The translations under genes were made by a program, and so were the position numbers. A stretch of 64,000 nucleotides of DNA from Octopus sinensis (Eukaryota), in the NCBI RefSeq assembly GCF_006345805.1, contig NW_021833027.1:1-64000 (forward strand). The letters run 5' to 3'. Below are positions 13,757 through 28,374 of the stretch, piece by piece. Each line of letters opens with the position of its first letter. Position 1 is the first letter of the stretch. The notes beneath the pieces were generated by a model that saw nothing but the letters and a program-made list of their open reading frames with translations, was not told the DNA's origin and made no database searches.

Positions 13757-13802
13757 ATATGATCAAACACCACGCATCCTTTTCCAAGTAAGCTTTTACC
13801 TA

Positions 13803-13847
<45 letters not shown>

Positions 13848-14099
13848 TGCAATGTTGATCATATCTGAGACCATGCTGTTGCCAATGGATTAAGTCAACC
13901 ACCCATGAGTTTAAAAAAAGGTAATAGAGTGAGTTGGAGGGTTTCATGGGTTTTTTTTTTTTTTGGAGGGGGGCTTAAATTTTCAACTTTAAAACAATTT
14001 TTTTTTTAATTTTCTATGTCAAGCGTAGCAGTAATTTTCTTAATTTTCATGCAAATTGCACCAGTCATTTTTTGTGTCACAAAATCCAAAGATGTATAG

Positions 14100-14713
14100 T
14101 AGTGTTTCTCAACCGTTTTTTTTCCTAGGGACCCCTTTGATTCATGTTTGTACTTGGATGAATCTTCCTTACAATTCCATGTTTAAAAAATCCCATTTGT
14201 ATTTTTAAAATTAAATATTATTTAGGAAATGCATAAAAATTGTTAATATATTTTGTGTATTTCAGAAGTATAAGCAATTTATTGAAGATAAATTTTAACA
14301 ACATGGACCTCCCAAGACTCATACAGACCCTCAAGATTCATATGGACCCTCAAGGCTCATATGGATCCCCCAAGGCTCATATGGACACCAAAGACTCATA
14401 TGGACACCCAAGGCTCATATGGATCTCCCAAGACTCATATGGAGCCCCCAAGACTCGTATGGATCCCTAAGGTTCATATGGACACCCAAGGTCATATGGA
14501 TCCCCCAAGACACATATGGAACCCCCAAGACTCGTATGGATCCTTAAGATTCATATGGACACCCAAGGCTCATATGGATCCCCCAAGGCTCATATGGATC
14601 CCCCAAGACTCATATGGAACCCATAATGTTCATACAGACCCCTAATACTCGTATGGATCCCTAAGGCTCATATGGACTCCCAAGGCTAATATGGACCCAG
14701 TTGAGAACCACTG
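14100..14713. mobile_element. hAT-like non-autonomous element with an internal ~21-bp minisatellite
   Basis: Ends (t)agtgtttctcaac and gttgagaaccactg are inverted. The unit ccccaaggctcatatggat/c is tandemly repeated at 14300-14700. Confidence 0.7.
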
Positions 14714-14749
14714 AGATAGAATATGTTTTTCTAACAAGTTTTGCCTTGT

Positions 14750-14895
14750 TGTTAGGCAACCCCGCATCAGCCCTGACACAGCAGACTGGAGCCTGGTGCC
14801 TCCCCCACCCGGCTTGCCAGCTCTGGTCACACTGTCCACGCCATGCCAGCATGGCCAATTGATGTTGAATGACGATGACGATGATGATGATGATG
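14750..14895 (+). mobile_element. Family-D (RTE-tail) SINE fragment with (GAT)n tail
   Basis: cagactggagcctggtgc...ccatgccagcatgg...gatgatgat, the reverse complement of the family-D copies. Confidence 0.55.
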
Positions 14896-15368
14896 AAGGT
14901 GTGTGGCCCAGTGGTTATAGTGTTGCACTTATAATTGCTAGATCAGGGATTCGATACCTGAACTGGGTGGTGAGTAGTGTTCTTGAGCAAAACATTGATG
15001 AGAATAACAACAATGATGATGATGATGATGATGGCAATGTCAGCAATGATCAGCATCATCATGGTGATGATGATAATGATGCAGATGATGATGATGATGA
15101 CACCTACGACGACAATGACAACGATGACCTATGTAAACTGATTTTTTGAGACACATTCCTGTATATCAAAATATAACTTAACGGTTTGATAAATAGAGAA
15201 CAATAAAGTAAGGAGCAAGCTGAAATAAGCCACTGAGGTTGTAACTGATATGATCGGTTATATCACTCCACACAGCAGTGCTCCAGCATGGCTGGAACCT
15301 AGTGACTGAAACCAGTAAAAGAATATCAGGAATAGTGTGTACGTATGAATGCGTGTGTATGTGCGTGA

Positions 15369-15404
<36 letters not shown>

Positions 15405-15839
15405 TTGGACATGTGTGCATTAATATAATGTACGACAACAACAACAACTACAACAACAACATTAGCAATCACTATAACGACAATTACAACAATCGGAAGG
15501 AAAAATCGAACAGAAAAACAAGAAGGGGAAACTTTTGTGCTGACTCATATCTGATGAAGAGAACTATGTGTCTGTCTGTCTGTCTGTCAGTCTACGTCTG
15601 TGAGTGTCTGTCTGTCTGTCTGTCTGTCTACGTCTGTGTGTACACGTGTCTGTGTGTGCGGTCTTTGCCCGTCTGTGTGTGTGTGTGTGTATTTGTGTGT
15701 CTGTGTGTCTGTGATGAAAAATTCCTGAGGTAAACCAAATTCCTGCATAATGGCAAAATACCAATTACTGTTGTTTATGTCTGGAAATATTCCTTATAAC
15801 TCTATCCCAACCAATCAACTCTCCCTATTTTCTCTCTCT

Positions 15840-15870
<31 letters not shown>

Positions 15871-16340
15871 CCTCTATTCTCTGTCTACGTCTATCTATCT
15901 ATCTATCTATCCATCCATATATATCAATTATTTATCAATTTATCCATCTATCTATCAAGCTATATATATATAATATATATATATACATATATATATATAC
16001 ATATATATATATAACATATATAATATAATGTATGTATATATATATTCATATGTATATAAATACATATAAAATATATACACACACCACATATACATTACAT
16101 ATGTGTATGTGTGTGTATATCTATATATTTACGTGTGTGTGTGTATATATATATTTATGTGTGTATATATTTATATATATAGAATATATATATATATATA
16201 ATATATATATATACATACATATATATGGATAGATAGATAGATATTATACACACACACACGCACACATATTTATTATATATATATATATATATGATATATA
16301 TCTGTCTCAGTTGCCCTAATGATCTCACTATCCCTCTCTG

Positions 16341-16399
<59 letters not shown>

Positions 16400-16502
16400 G
16401 TCTGTCTATCTATCTGTCTGTCTGTCTTGTCTTTGCTTCAGTGTATCTCACTAGCTATCAAAGTCTCTCACTATTTCTCTTCACTATTCTAAACATCTTG
16501 CA

Positions 16503-16545
<43 letters not shown>

Positions 16546-16726
16546 ACCTCTCTCTCATTTTAATTATCTGTCTGTCTCTTTTTCATCATCACCACAGACA
16601 CACACGCCACCCAGACGCATACAAGAAGTATACAAATAGACACATACTCCTCGCCTATCTCTCTCTCTCACACACACCCGGACGCATACAAGAAGTACAC
16701 AAATAGACACATACTCCCCGCCCCTA

Positions 16727-16790
<64 letters not shown>

Positions 16791-17096
16791 AGAAACACGT
16801 GCACACACTAAGAGAAAACAGTGACAGACAGACTCATACACACACACATGACATATATATCAACCCACAAAGATACCAAAACACATCCACACACCAACAT
16901 ACATCCGCAAATAGAGGTTGTCTTGTCTGCTCAACCAAATTCCCCAAATCTTTCCATTCTAAGGTGACATACCATCCCCATTTAAGAGTCACAGACTGAC
17001 GAAAGACATGTCTGGGAATTTTTTTCTTTTTTTTTTCTTTTCCTATATTTAATGTCTGTGGAATTTTTTACAACTATTTTATAATTGTCTGCACAC

Positions 17097-17655
17097 ACTT
17101 TTACTCTTCTACTCTTTTACTTGTTTCAGTCATTTCACTGTGGCCATGCTGGAGCACCGCCTTTTAGTCGAGCAAATCGACCCCCAGGATTTATTCTTTG
17201 TAAAGCCTAGTACTTATTCTATCGGTCTCTTTTGCTGAACCGCTAAGTTATGGGGATGCAAAACACACCAGCATTGGTTGGTGTGTTTTTGCTGAACCAC
17301 TACATTTACAGGGATGTAAACAAACCGACACTGGTTGTCAAGCGATGAGGGTGGTGGACAAGCCCAAACACACACATCATCATCATCATCATCATCATCA
17401 CTGTCATCGTCATTATCAACCCCATTAAATGTGCATTTTTTTCATGCTGGTATGGGTATATATATATGTATGTATACATACACACACACACACACACAAC
17501 AGGCTTCCACACAGTTTCCAGTAACCAAATTCTTTCACAAGGCTTTGACCAACCTGGGACTATAGTAGAAGACACTTGCACAAGATGCCATGCAGTGGGA
17601 CTGAACTCAGAACCATGTGATTGGGAAGCAAGCTCCTAAACAATGCAGCCATGAC
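17097..17655 (-). mobile_element. SINE family A with internal duplication/insertion
   Basis: Tail ttttacttgtttcagtcatt and head gcagcc... on the minus strand. Confidence 0.8.
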
Positions 17656-17991
17656 AGCTCTTATATGGATACATTACATAATGTCACCCTGGATCTGCTA
17701 AGTATGAATAAATGATGGGAGGGTCATGGGTGGCATGTATTACATCATAAACCTACCTAATCAGGTCTAAACATTAGCAGCAACATTGTATACATACATA
17801 GATATATTTATATATATATATATGTGTGGTGTGTGTGTGTGTGTGTGTGTGTGTGCGTATATATATGTGTGTTTATATATATGTGTGTGCATGTATATAT
17901 ATATGTGTGTGTGTGTATATATATATGTGTATATATATGTGTATGTGTGTATATATATATGTGTGTATATATATATGTGTATATATATATG

Positions 17992-18025
<34 letters not shown>

Positions 18026-18291
18026 TAATATATATATATATATATACACTCACATACACACTCATGCATGTATATATATACATATATAGAAGTATAGAAT
18101 TATGTATCAATATAGCCACCCCAGTCACCACCACCACCACCACCACCATCAATCAATCACAGTCTATCTACCCATTTCGCACCCTTTCAATCTAAGGTAT
18201 GAGAGGTGGAAGTGTGAAGTGCCAGACACAAAAGTGTTGTCATAGAATTTGAGGATTTAAAGTTCAAATAGTGGAATTCCTTACACAACAA

Positions 18292-18339
<48 letters not shown>

Positions 18340-18518
18340 CTTTCTCTCTTTCTCTTTGCGTCTCAATCTCTCTCCCTCTCAATTTCTCACTGCCTTTCTC
18401 TCCGACTGTTTTTTGTTCGTTACATGTCTGTCTACCTATTTCTTTGCTTGTTTGTTTGTCTCTCCATTCCTTCAGTAACACATCTATTTATCTATCTATC
18501 TGTCTATCTATCTATCTA

Positions 18519-18578
<60 letters not shown>

Positions 18579-18582
18579 TCTA

Positions 18583-18747
<165 letters not shown>

Positions 18748-19156
18748 GTCTATCTATCTATCTATCTGTCTGTCTATCTATCTATCTATCTTTTTTCCTT
18801 TTCTTCTTTTTTTTATTTCTTTTATTTTTTGTTCTTTTTTTCCCTTTTACGATCCCTTTTGATCGAAAACCTACGCCACTTTTTTTAATGTTTCTTTTGT
18901 GTTTTTGTTTTTGTTTTTTTCATCCCCCAACAGAAAAGCTCTACCTTGTAACTTGTCCCATCTGTGTGCAGCCCTGTGTGGCCAATAAAGAAACTTATCT
19001 ATCTACCTATCTGTTTGTCTATCTGTCTGTCTGTCTATCTTTCTATCTGTCTATCAGTTTACCTATCATCTATGTTTGTCTCTCTCTTTCACTCTCCCAA
19101 CATATGTGTGTGTGTGTGTGTGTTTATTTGTGTTAGATTCCTTGTCTTCTCCCATC

Positions 19157-19204
<48 letters not shown>

Positions 19205-19803
19205 TCACCCAACCATCACCATTCTGTCTTCGAAAGCCAGACATTGTTTACTTGCCTTATATTCTATGAGGTGAATGACTGTGACAGGGGGGACGGGAGG
19301 GGCAAGATATTTTCATCATCATCATCATCATCACCACCACCACCTCCTCCACCATCACCATCACCATCATCATCATCATCATCATATACTGTTATAGAAA
19401 CAGTGTCTCTGTCCAGGCTCAACAATGGATGGGATATTGGATGATGATGCTGATGATGATGATGTGAGTGGTGGTTGTGGTAGTGGTAGTGGTGGTGATT
19501 TGGTATTTGTTGTACTGATGTTGTTGTTTAGCCACAGGCCAGTCCTGAAGAGGCGAAGCCAGAATCAAAAGTTTTCCGGCATTGGCCTTCCCATCTCATT
19601 GTATATCTTGGCATAGCTTTGAGGGAATTCAGTGCTTCTATTTCTAGCAGCTCAAGTGATCATATAGAGACTCTGTGTGTGTGTGTGTGTATGGAAGTAT
19701 ATGTCGGTGAGCATGTATATATATGTGTGTGTATTTATATACAGATACAAACACACACATATGTATATACAGAAACACACTCACAATATTGACAGAATAA
19801 CAT

Positions 19804-20135
19804 TAGACGCAGTATATCACTGGTACTTAAGCAAATAATGCCAGAGGAATTGAAAAACAAAATTTACTTTGGCTATGATTTGAACTCAGAAAACCATAGA
19901 TTAAACAAATTAACACTAACCCATCTGTACCATGTCTTGGATAGTCATAAGGAATGAATTATAGTTTTAATTCCTTTAGATGCAGTATATCACTGGTACT
20001 TAAGCAAATAATGCCAGAGGAACTGAAAAACAAAATTTTACTTCGGCCATGATTTGAACTCAGAAAACCAGAGATTAAAAAAATTAACACTAACCCATCT
20101 GTACCATGTCTTGGATAGGCATAAAGAATGAATTG
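19804..20135. repeat. Direct duplication of a ~170-bp SINE-derived segment
   Basis: gcagtatatcactggtacttaagcaaataatgccagagga...ctaacccatctgtaccatgtcttggatag occurs twice. Confidence 0.85.
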
Positions 20136-20749
20136 TAGCTTTAATTTCTTTCCCAAGAATATTAGTTACGGTCACAGAAATGCATCGGAGTTCAAGTCTG
20201 TTGAGAGCTTCCAGCTGTACAGCAGCGAACACGTACTGCTGTTTATATTCCAGAGAATACTACTGCACTATAGAAAATACTACCGCTTCGTAGAGTATAA
20301 ACCGCTGTATTGATACAAAAATACCGCTGCACCATATGAAAAAATACCACTGCACAGCAGAAAGTTTACAGCGGCAACGCAATATATTTTTATTGTTGCA
20401 TCACAAGAGAATTCCGCATTATATTATTCTTGTACATGTGGATTATGGAACTACTGCATCGCACCTAACAGATTGGATATTGGTGCAGTACGCACACACA
20501 CACACACACATACACAATTGACCTGTTATGTTAATCTATGCAGTTTAGACAATGATGGGGTTTGTGTTGCTGTTTTTCTTGCTAGAAATAGCAACAAAAT
20601 CTCTCTCCAGTTGAATTCTATTGTTCGGTCTTGAGAAAAATTTTTTTAAAAAAGGGGGTCATGTTGATTAACGCAGTCTTAGATATACGATCACTGAAAA
20701 TATGAAGGGATAATCATGGCTTGAAGTCTAGATTTACACGTTTGCTTAT

Positions 20750-21148
20750 ATGTTTCTTTATTACCCACAAGGGGTTAAACATAGAGAGGACAAACAAGGA
20801 CAAACAAACGAATTAAGTCGATTACATCGACCCCAGTGTGTAACTAGTACTTAATTTATCGACCCTGAAAGGATGAAAGGCAAAGTCAACCTCGGCGGAA
20901 TTTGAACTCAGAACATAAAGACAGACGAAATACCTATTTCTTTACTACCCACAAGGGGCTAAACATAGAGGGGACAAACAAGGACAGACAAAGGGATTAA
21001 GTCGTTTACATCGACCCCGGTGCGTAACTGATACTTAATTTATCGACCCCGAGAGGATGAAAGGCAAAGTCGACCTCAGTGGAATTTGAACTCAGAATGT
21101 AATGACACAAAATACGGCTACGCATTTCGCCCACCGTGCTAACGTTTG
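20750..21148 (-). mobile_element. SINE family B, tandem dimer
   Basis: Two consecutive bodies (tttctttattacccacaagggg...ttgaactcagaa) followed by a single head. Confidence 0.85.
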
Positions 21149-21645
21149 CTTATAGAGGTTCAAAATGAAGCAAAATGATAATAATAGAGAATCACAAGAT
21201 CTTAATTTAAGAATATACTATATCAGAAAAGGAAAAAAAAAAAAAAAAGGATGGTCATGGTTAGAATGTCTTTGATAATAGATCTTCTCAATCAAGCTTC
21301 ACTTGGAGTTAAACAACAACACCAGGAAACTTACACGTCCTACCACTGCATCAATCTGCATTTCATGCCGCAGCATGAGGCTGCACACAGCGCTAGCATG
21401 AAAGAGGATTCTCCCACTGTTCTATTGTTACGTCAATAGTACAGTTGCACTATGTTGCACTGTCGATGTTACACAATCAGCTCAGCATTGCAGTGCACAC
21501 AACAAAGGCGAAATGCGTTTGGGTTGTTAAGGGAGGGGGGAACGATACAATTGCGTGGTTAGTTTCGTACAGCTAACGCTCAGCTTGAAATTCATTTAAT
21601 GGTTTATTGCTTACAAGGTATATACAACCACACCCCCACACGCAC

Positions 21646-21704
<59 letters not shown>

Positions 21705-21884
21705 GAATTCCTTTAAGTGTTCCAGCCCAAAGGCTGTGGCTATATTGGAACACACATGTAAATATATGTGGATATATGTGTATATATAAAAATATATATA
21801 TAATTATTATTTCATCATCATATTTCTATACATTTATAGCATCATCATTTATTATTATTAATATCATTAGTATTATTATTATTA

Positions 21885-21934
<50 letters not shown>

Positions 21935-21959
21935 ATATATATATTTATATTTTCTTTCT

Positions 21960-22282
21960 TGACTCCGCCGGTTACGACGACGAGGGTCCCAGCTGATACG
22001 ATCAACGGAACAGCTTGCTCGTGAAATTAACGTGCAAATGGCTGAGCATTCCACAGACACGTGTACCCTTAACGTAGTTCTCGGGGATAATCAGCGTGAC
22101 ACAGAGAGTGACAAGGCTGACCCTTTGAAATACAAGTACAACTCATTTTTGCCAGCTGAGTGGACTGGAGCAAAGTGAAATAAAGTGTCTTGCTCAAGGA
22201 CACAACGCGTCGCCGGGAATCGAACTCACAACCTTACGATCATGAGCCGAATGCCCTAACCACTAAGCCACGCGCCCTCACA
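21960..22282 (-). mobile_element. tRNA-derived SINE, family C, near full length
   Basis: Minus-strand head gagggcgcgtggcttagtggttagg (A-box), gagttcgattccc (B-box) and ccttgagcaagacacttt domain. Confidence 0.85.
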
Positions 22283-22426
22283 TATTTATATTTAATAATA
22301 ATACAGATATATACATACACATAGATGTATATATGTATATTATAGAGATAGATAGATAGATAGACATACACAGACATTCACATATATTACGTCATATATT
22401 ATACATCACATACACACACACATACA

Positions 22427-22440
<14 letters not shown>

Positions 22441-22464
<24 letters not shown>

Positions 22465-22628
22465 CGATGGACTTCTTTCAGTTTCCGTCTACCAAATCCA
22501 CTCACAAGGCTTTGGTCGGCCTGAGGCTATATTAGAAGACACTTGCCTAAGGTGCCACGCAATGGGACTGAACCCAGAAACATGTGGTTGGTAAGCAAGC
22601 TACTTACCACACAGCCACTGCTACGCCC
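22441..22628 (-). mobile_element. SINE family A, 5' half
   Basis: Matches the reverse complement of 13336-13510. Confidence 0.82.
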
Positions 22629-23376
22629 ATGTATATATGACCAAAGAAAAATGAAGTCTTAAAATTTCACAGTATTTAGATTAAACATTATGGTAAGCTT
22701 TCATAATCTGGAAGAGAAGGACAGCATGCTGCTGTTAGCTATGGGTGTCGGCTATTTAGTGAATATTTCGTATGCTCAGTCAGATGAGTTCATGTCCAAG
22801 CAAGTAGGAGCAGGTCTTGCATTGCGAAAAAGCACCCAGGAGTATATAGGGGTCATTCAGTAAGGAGCATAGGGTCAGTTTCCCTGTTTCTGCCCTGTAT
22901 GGGACACTAGTCGATCGTAGGATTACTCATTTTTGCTAGGTGAGTGTACCGGAATGATGTGAAATGAAGAGAGCATAATGTATCACCTGGTCCAGGAATC
23001 GAAACCACAATCTTACAATCATGAGTTCTACATCCTAACCACTAAACCTGTCTTTTGCACTAAGAAAAAGGAGGTGGGGTTGTCCTAATGATAGATCTAG
23101 TTGATAGCTGGATCTGTCCTACATGTGACAACAGCTGGTCAGTATAACTTCACAAGAAAGTAATGCTCAGAGAGCTGAAAGAGTGTAGGCAAAAGAGTTC
23201 CATTGCTCATGTGTTGTCAGGCCTAAAGAGTTTATCCCAAACCAGCCCCAGAGCATATGATAGTACTGTAAGGTCAAAGATTTCTGAAATTTGTCCATAG
23301 TATGTGGAATCTGGAACAGGCTCTTTATTTCAACCTTATTGGTAGAAATAAAACACATGGCTCAGTGGTTGGAGTG

Positions 23377-23693
23377 TCAGGCTTAGAATCATGAAGAAGT
23401 GAGGTCAATTCCCGGACCGGGCTGTGTGTTGTGTTCTTGAGCAAGACACTTTATTTCACGTTGCTCCAGTTCACTCAGCTGTAGAAATAGAAATGAGTCA
23501 CGACATCACTGGTGCCAAGCTGTATCGGGCCCTTTGCCTTTCCCTTGGATAACATCAGTGGTGTGGAGAGGGGAGGCTGGTATGCATGGGTGACTGCTGG
23601 TCTTTCATAAACAACCTTGCCCAGAATTGTAACTTCAGAGTGTAAGTGTCTAGGTGCAATCCCATGTTCATTCATGACCGAAGGGGGTCCTTA
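23377..23693 (+). mobile_element. SINE related to family C
   Basis: tggctcagtggttggagtg A-box and ttcttgagcaagacactttatttcacgttgctccagttcactcagctg body. Confidence 0.75.
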
Positions 23694-24945
23694 CCATATA
23701 TATATATACATCGACCCCAGTGTGTAACTGGTACTTATTTCATTGACCCCGTCAGGATGAAAGGTAAAGTCAACCACGGCAGAATTCGAACTCAGAACAT
23801 AGTGGCAGGCAAAATACTGCTAAGTACTTTGCCCAGCATGCTAACAATTCTGCCAGATCACTACCTTAAAAATAAAAAAAGAAAAGCACCCAATATTCTC
23901 TGTGAAATGGTTGTGACTGAAATCGGATAGAAGGAAACTGTGTAGAATCCCCACAGATGGAATGTATTTATAATTCAAATGTCCAATTTTGCTACAATGT
24001 TTCTTACTGATACTGTTGCATCAACAAAGCTTCAAATGTTTATGAAGGAACATCTTTCAGGTGATATGGCAAGACAGATTCACAAACAAAACATTATGGG
24101 GAATGGGGGAAATAGCACCTTATTCAAAACCAGGTCAAGATAAGGAAATGGGGTTGGCTAGAACTCACCCTACAGAAACCTGTTTTAAATATTGGCAAAC
24201 TGGCAGAATTGTTAGCACCCCTGGCAAAATGCTTAGTGATATTTCATGTCTTTACATTCTGAGCTCAAATTTGCCTTTCATTCTTTCAGGGTCAATAAAT
24301 TAAGTACCAGTTGAGCAATGGGGTTGATATAGTCAACCTGGCCCCTCTTTCAAGCTTGTTCGTCTTGAGCCAACATTTGAAACCAGTATTATAAAAGCAA
24401 GCTCAAGGGGGTGAGATGGTAGAATTGTTAACACACCAGGCAAAGGGCCGAGTGGCATTCTGTCCATCTTTACATTCTAACCTCAAATTCCACCAAAGTC
24501 AACTTTGGTAATCAGCTTGCTTCATCCAAATGCAATCAACATGCTTTCTCTCCTGAAATTGCTGGCCTTGTACGAAAATTTGAAAGCAATGTTACAAAGC
24601 AAGCCCTCAGATGGATATCCTAAAGGAAACAGAAGCGTGGCAGCCTGGAAAAATGAAAAAGCATGGAGACGGTCTATAGTAACTAAAGCACTGGCAAGCA
24701 AATACACCTAAGGATAATTACTATCCCTTGCCAAAGATCTAGACCAGGGGTTCTCAACCATTTTTTTTATTATCTATGGACCCCTTTGATTGTTAAAGGA
24801 AACAGAAGCATGGCAGACTGGAAAAATGAAAAACCATGAGGAAAGTCCACAGAAACTAAAGCACTGGTAAGTGAATACACCTAGGGATAATTACTATCCA
24901 TTGCCAAAGATCTAGGCCAGGGATTCTCACCCATTTTTCATCTAT

Positions 24946-25364
24946 ACTCTTTCTCTTTTACTCTTTTCTTGTTTCAGTCATTTGACTGCGGCCATGCTGG
25001 AGCACCACCTTTAGTCGAGCAAATCAACCCCGGGACTTATTCTTTGTAAGCCCAGTACTTATTCTATCGGTCTCTTTTGCCGAACCGCTAAGTGACGGGG
25101 ACATAAACGCACCAGCATCAGTTGTCAAGCAATGCTAGGGGGGACAAACACAGACACACAAACACACCCACGCATATATATATATATATATATACATATA
25201 TACGACGGGCTTCTTTCAGTTTCCGTCTACCAAATCCACTCACAAGGCTTTGGTCGGCCCGAGGCTATAGTAGAAGACACTTGCCCAAGGTGCCACACAG
25301 TGGGACTGAACCCGGAACCATGTGGTTGGTAAACAAGCTACTTACCACACAGCCACTCCTACGC
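24946..25364 (-). mobile_element. Full-length SINE family A (young, CpG-retaining)
   Basis: Near-identical to the reverse complement of 13336-13756. Confidence 0.88.
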
Positions 25365-25547
25365 TATGGACCCCTTTGATTAATATTTTAATCTGGTGGA
25401 CCCTTATAGCCATTCGATGTTTAAAAACTAGTTTTATAGAAACTTCTTTCAAAATCCCTATTTTATTTTTCACGCATTAATTTGCATAGGTTGAACTATG
25501 TTAGAGGAAGAAGCCTAGCTGTTTCTTGCAATACATACCAATATACA

Positions 25548-25581
<34 letters not shown>

Positions 25582-25736
25582 GTTTAACGTCCATTTTCCG
25601 CGCTAGCACGGGTTGGACGGTTCAACCGGGGTCTGGGAAGCCAGGGGCTGCTCCAGGCTCCAGTCTGATCTGGCAGAGTTTCTACGGCTGGATGCCCTTC
25701 CTAACGCCAACCACTCCGCGAGTGTAGTGGGTGCAT
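25548..25736 (-). mobile_element. Family-D (RTE-tail) SINE/LINE 3' fragment
   Basis: (cat)n-cgtttaacgtcc tail, also seen at ~34660, ~36460 and ~37510. Confidence 0.7.
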
Positions 25737-26399
25737 CTAAAGCAAAATTTCTTCAGGGGCCCTTAAAATACTATTGTGGATCCCCAATTTACTATTTTGT
25801 TGCATTGACCCCCTAAATATCTTATATGGACCCTCAGGGGCTATATGGTCCCTGCTCGAGAATCACTGAGACAAACAGAGATCCACAGTTGGCGCCCTAT
25901 GCTCCGCATGGAAGTAAAGGAATTACAGAAAAGAACACATACATATGTCTGTGGAATATTCAGCCAGTCACATGCTAACTCAATGAATAGGTAGTTTTTT
26001 CTATTGAACAACTGAATATTCATAAGTATGAGGTTCAAGTCTCACTCTCACCTTTTATAGCCATCTCATTCACTCATTTTTTTTTACTATGTCCCCATCT
26101 TCCTCTCTCTCACTCTCACTCACACTCTCTAGTTTCCAGCAAACAACAACAACTAAAGCAACTACAGCAACAACAACAGCAACAACCCATTTGACAACAT
26201 CCGCGATGCCTCTCCTTGACCTTCATCCCGAAACTCTCCAGATTTTCATTCAAACACACACGCACCACACACACACATACACACACTCAACTCCACTCCA
26301 CTCCCACTCCCACTTCTGCACACTCAACACAGTCACATTCACTCCACTCCACATACTTGACACAGTCACACTCGCACTCCACCAAACCACAACCACTAC

Positions 26400-27440
26400 C
26401 ACTACCACCACAATCATCATCATCATCATCATCGTCATCATCATTTTTATCACCATTAGTCAACAGCATTAGCACCTGCCATTGAAAAAAACATCTCCAA
26501 TATCATCATCATCATCACCAACATTGTCATCATCACCATCCTAATCATCCTCATCATCACCACCAGTAGACACTACCATCATCATCACCACTACCACCGC
26601 TACCACCATCAGTGTTGAATATGATGATGATGATCATCATCATCATCATCTGCCTCCTCCTCTTCCTCATCGTCATCAACAATACCATCTTTATTTATCA
26701 TTGTTACTATGACGATCATCATTGTCATTGGCTCCATAATCAATGTTATTGTCATTGTCATCACCACCACCACCACCACCACCGCCACTACTATTGTTGT
26801 CCTCATCATTATCAGCATCAGCTGCATGACCAATACCACTGCCATCATCATCATCATCATCGTCATTTTCTTCCTCATTGTCATCATCACCATTATCATC
26901 ATCATCATCATCATCATCATCGTCATCATTGTCATCATCATCATCGTCGTCATCGTCATCATCATCGTCATCATCGTTATCATCATCATTGTCATCATCA
27001 TCATCATCGTCGTCGTCATCGTCATCATCATGGTCATCATCATTATCATCATCATTGTCATCATCATCATTATTGTTACTGTCATCGTCATTATCATCAT
27101 CAACATTGTCATCGTCATCATCAACGTCGTCGTCGTTGTCATCATCATCGCTGCCGTCGTCCTTGTCGTCGTCATCATCATCAATATCATCATCGCCATC
27201 ACTGTAATCATCATCATCATCGTCGTCGTCATAACCATCATCCTTATCATTATCATCATCATCATCATCGTTATCATTATCATCATTATTGTCATCATCC
27301 TTACCATAGCTATTTGTCTCACTACCACCCTGACTACGGCAATCGGTGGCAACTACAGCCATTACAACCAATGCAGCACACTACCACCAGCGCCTATACC
27401 ACCGGCATCTACCACCATCGCCTATACCACCGGCATCTAT
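26400..27440. repeat. Compound (CAT/CGT/CAC)n trinucleotide array
   Basis: Visible directly; gives poly-His/Ile/Asp/Met pseudo-ORFs. Confidence 0.95.
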
Positions 27441-27528
27441 TTGCCAGATTCATAACCCTTTAAACACCACACACACACACACAGAAAGAAAAGATAGAAC
27501 TAGGTGAAGAGGAAGGGGAGAACGGAAC

Positions 27529-27561
<33 letters not shown>

Positions 27562-27804
27562 CAGGAAGAAGAATAGCAAGGGTTGAAGAGGTGGGAGAGT
27601 GAAGAGTGCCATTGCAATGGTGGTGGGGGCACACAGCAAGAGAAAGTCAGATAGTGGTGGTGGTGGTGGTGGTGGTAATGGGGGCAGGGGAAGTGATGAG
27701 GAGGCTGGGATCATGGATGCTGGGCAGATGTAAACACATACCTGGTTGACACGTCACTTTGTTTACATCAATTTCTTCAGCCAGTCAGTCCAGAAATATT
27801 CACA

Positions 27805-27861
<57 letters not shown>

Positions 27862-27898
27862 TCACACACACATACACGCATGCTTGCAGGCATGCATT

Positions 27899-27930
<32 letters not shown>

Positions 27931-28374
27931 TAGACAGACACAGAGACATTCGTACAGAGACAAACATCCACACACAGACACACACACACACATATGTATG
28001 TGTATGTGCGCATGTATAGGCAGACACACAAACACAAACAGATGTAGACACACACACACACACACACACACACAGTGACAGATGTGCACATGCATATAAG
28101 CATACAGGCACATACCAACTCATACACACACACACACACATGCACACACGCACACACACACAAACAAACCGACATACACACACACAAACCTACATACTCA
28201 CATGCATGAAGACATGCACATGTACACAGATATGCAGACACATGCACACTCACACCCACCCACACACACACATATACACACACATATATATATATGTATA
28301 TATATGCACAGACTCATACATACACATACATATATAAAGACACACCCACACATATATATGTCTCTCTATATAAT

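Larger units (their letters stand above)
24918..25869. mobile_element. hAT-like element interrupted by two SINE insertions
   Basis: Left end ccagggattctcacc and right end ctcgagaatcactg. ggacccctttgatt is shared with the 14100-14713 element. Confidence 0.6.

Noticed and set aside
14240-14645. Repeat-protein-like ORFs (PKTHMD/GSYGSP)
   Set aside because: Translation of the 21-bp minisatellite inside a transposon.
26609-27463. Long ORFs (226-283 aa) rich in His, Ile, Asp and Met
   Set aside because: Several frames are open only because (CAT)n repeats lack stops; no domain and no splice support.
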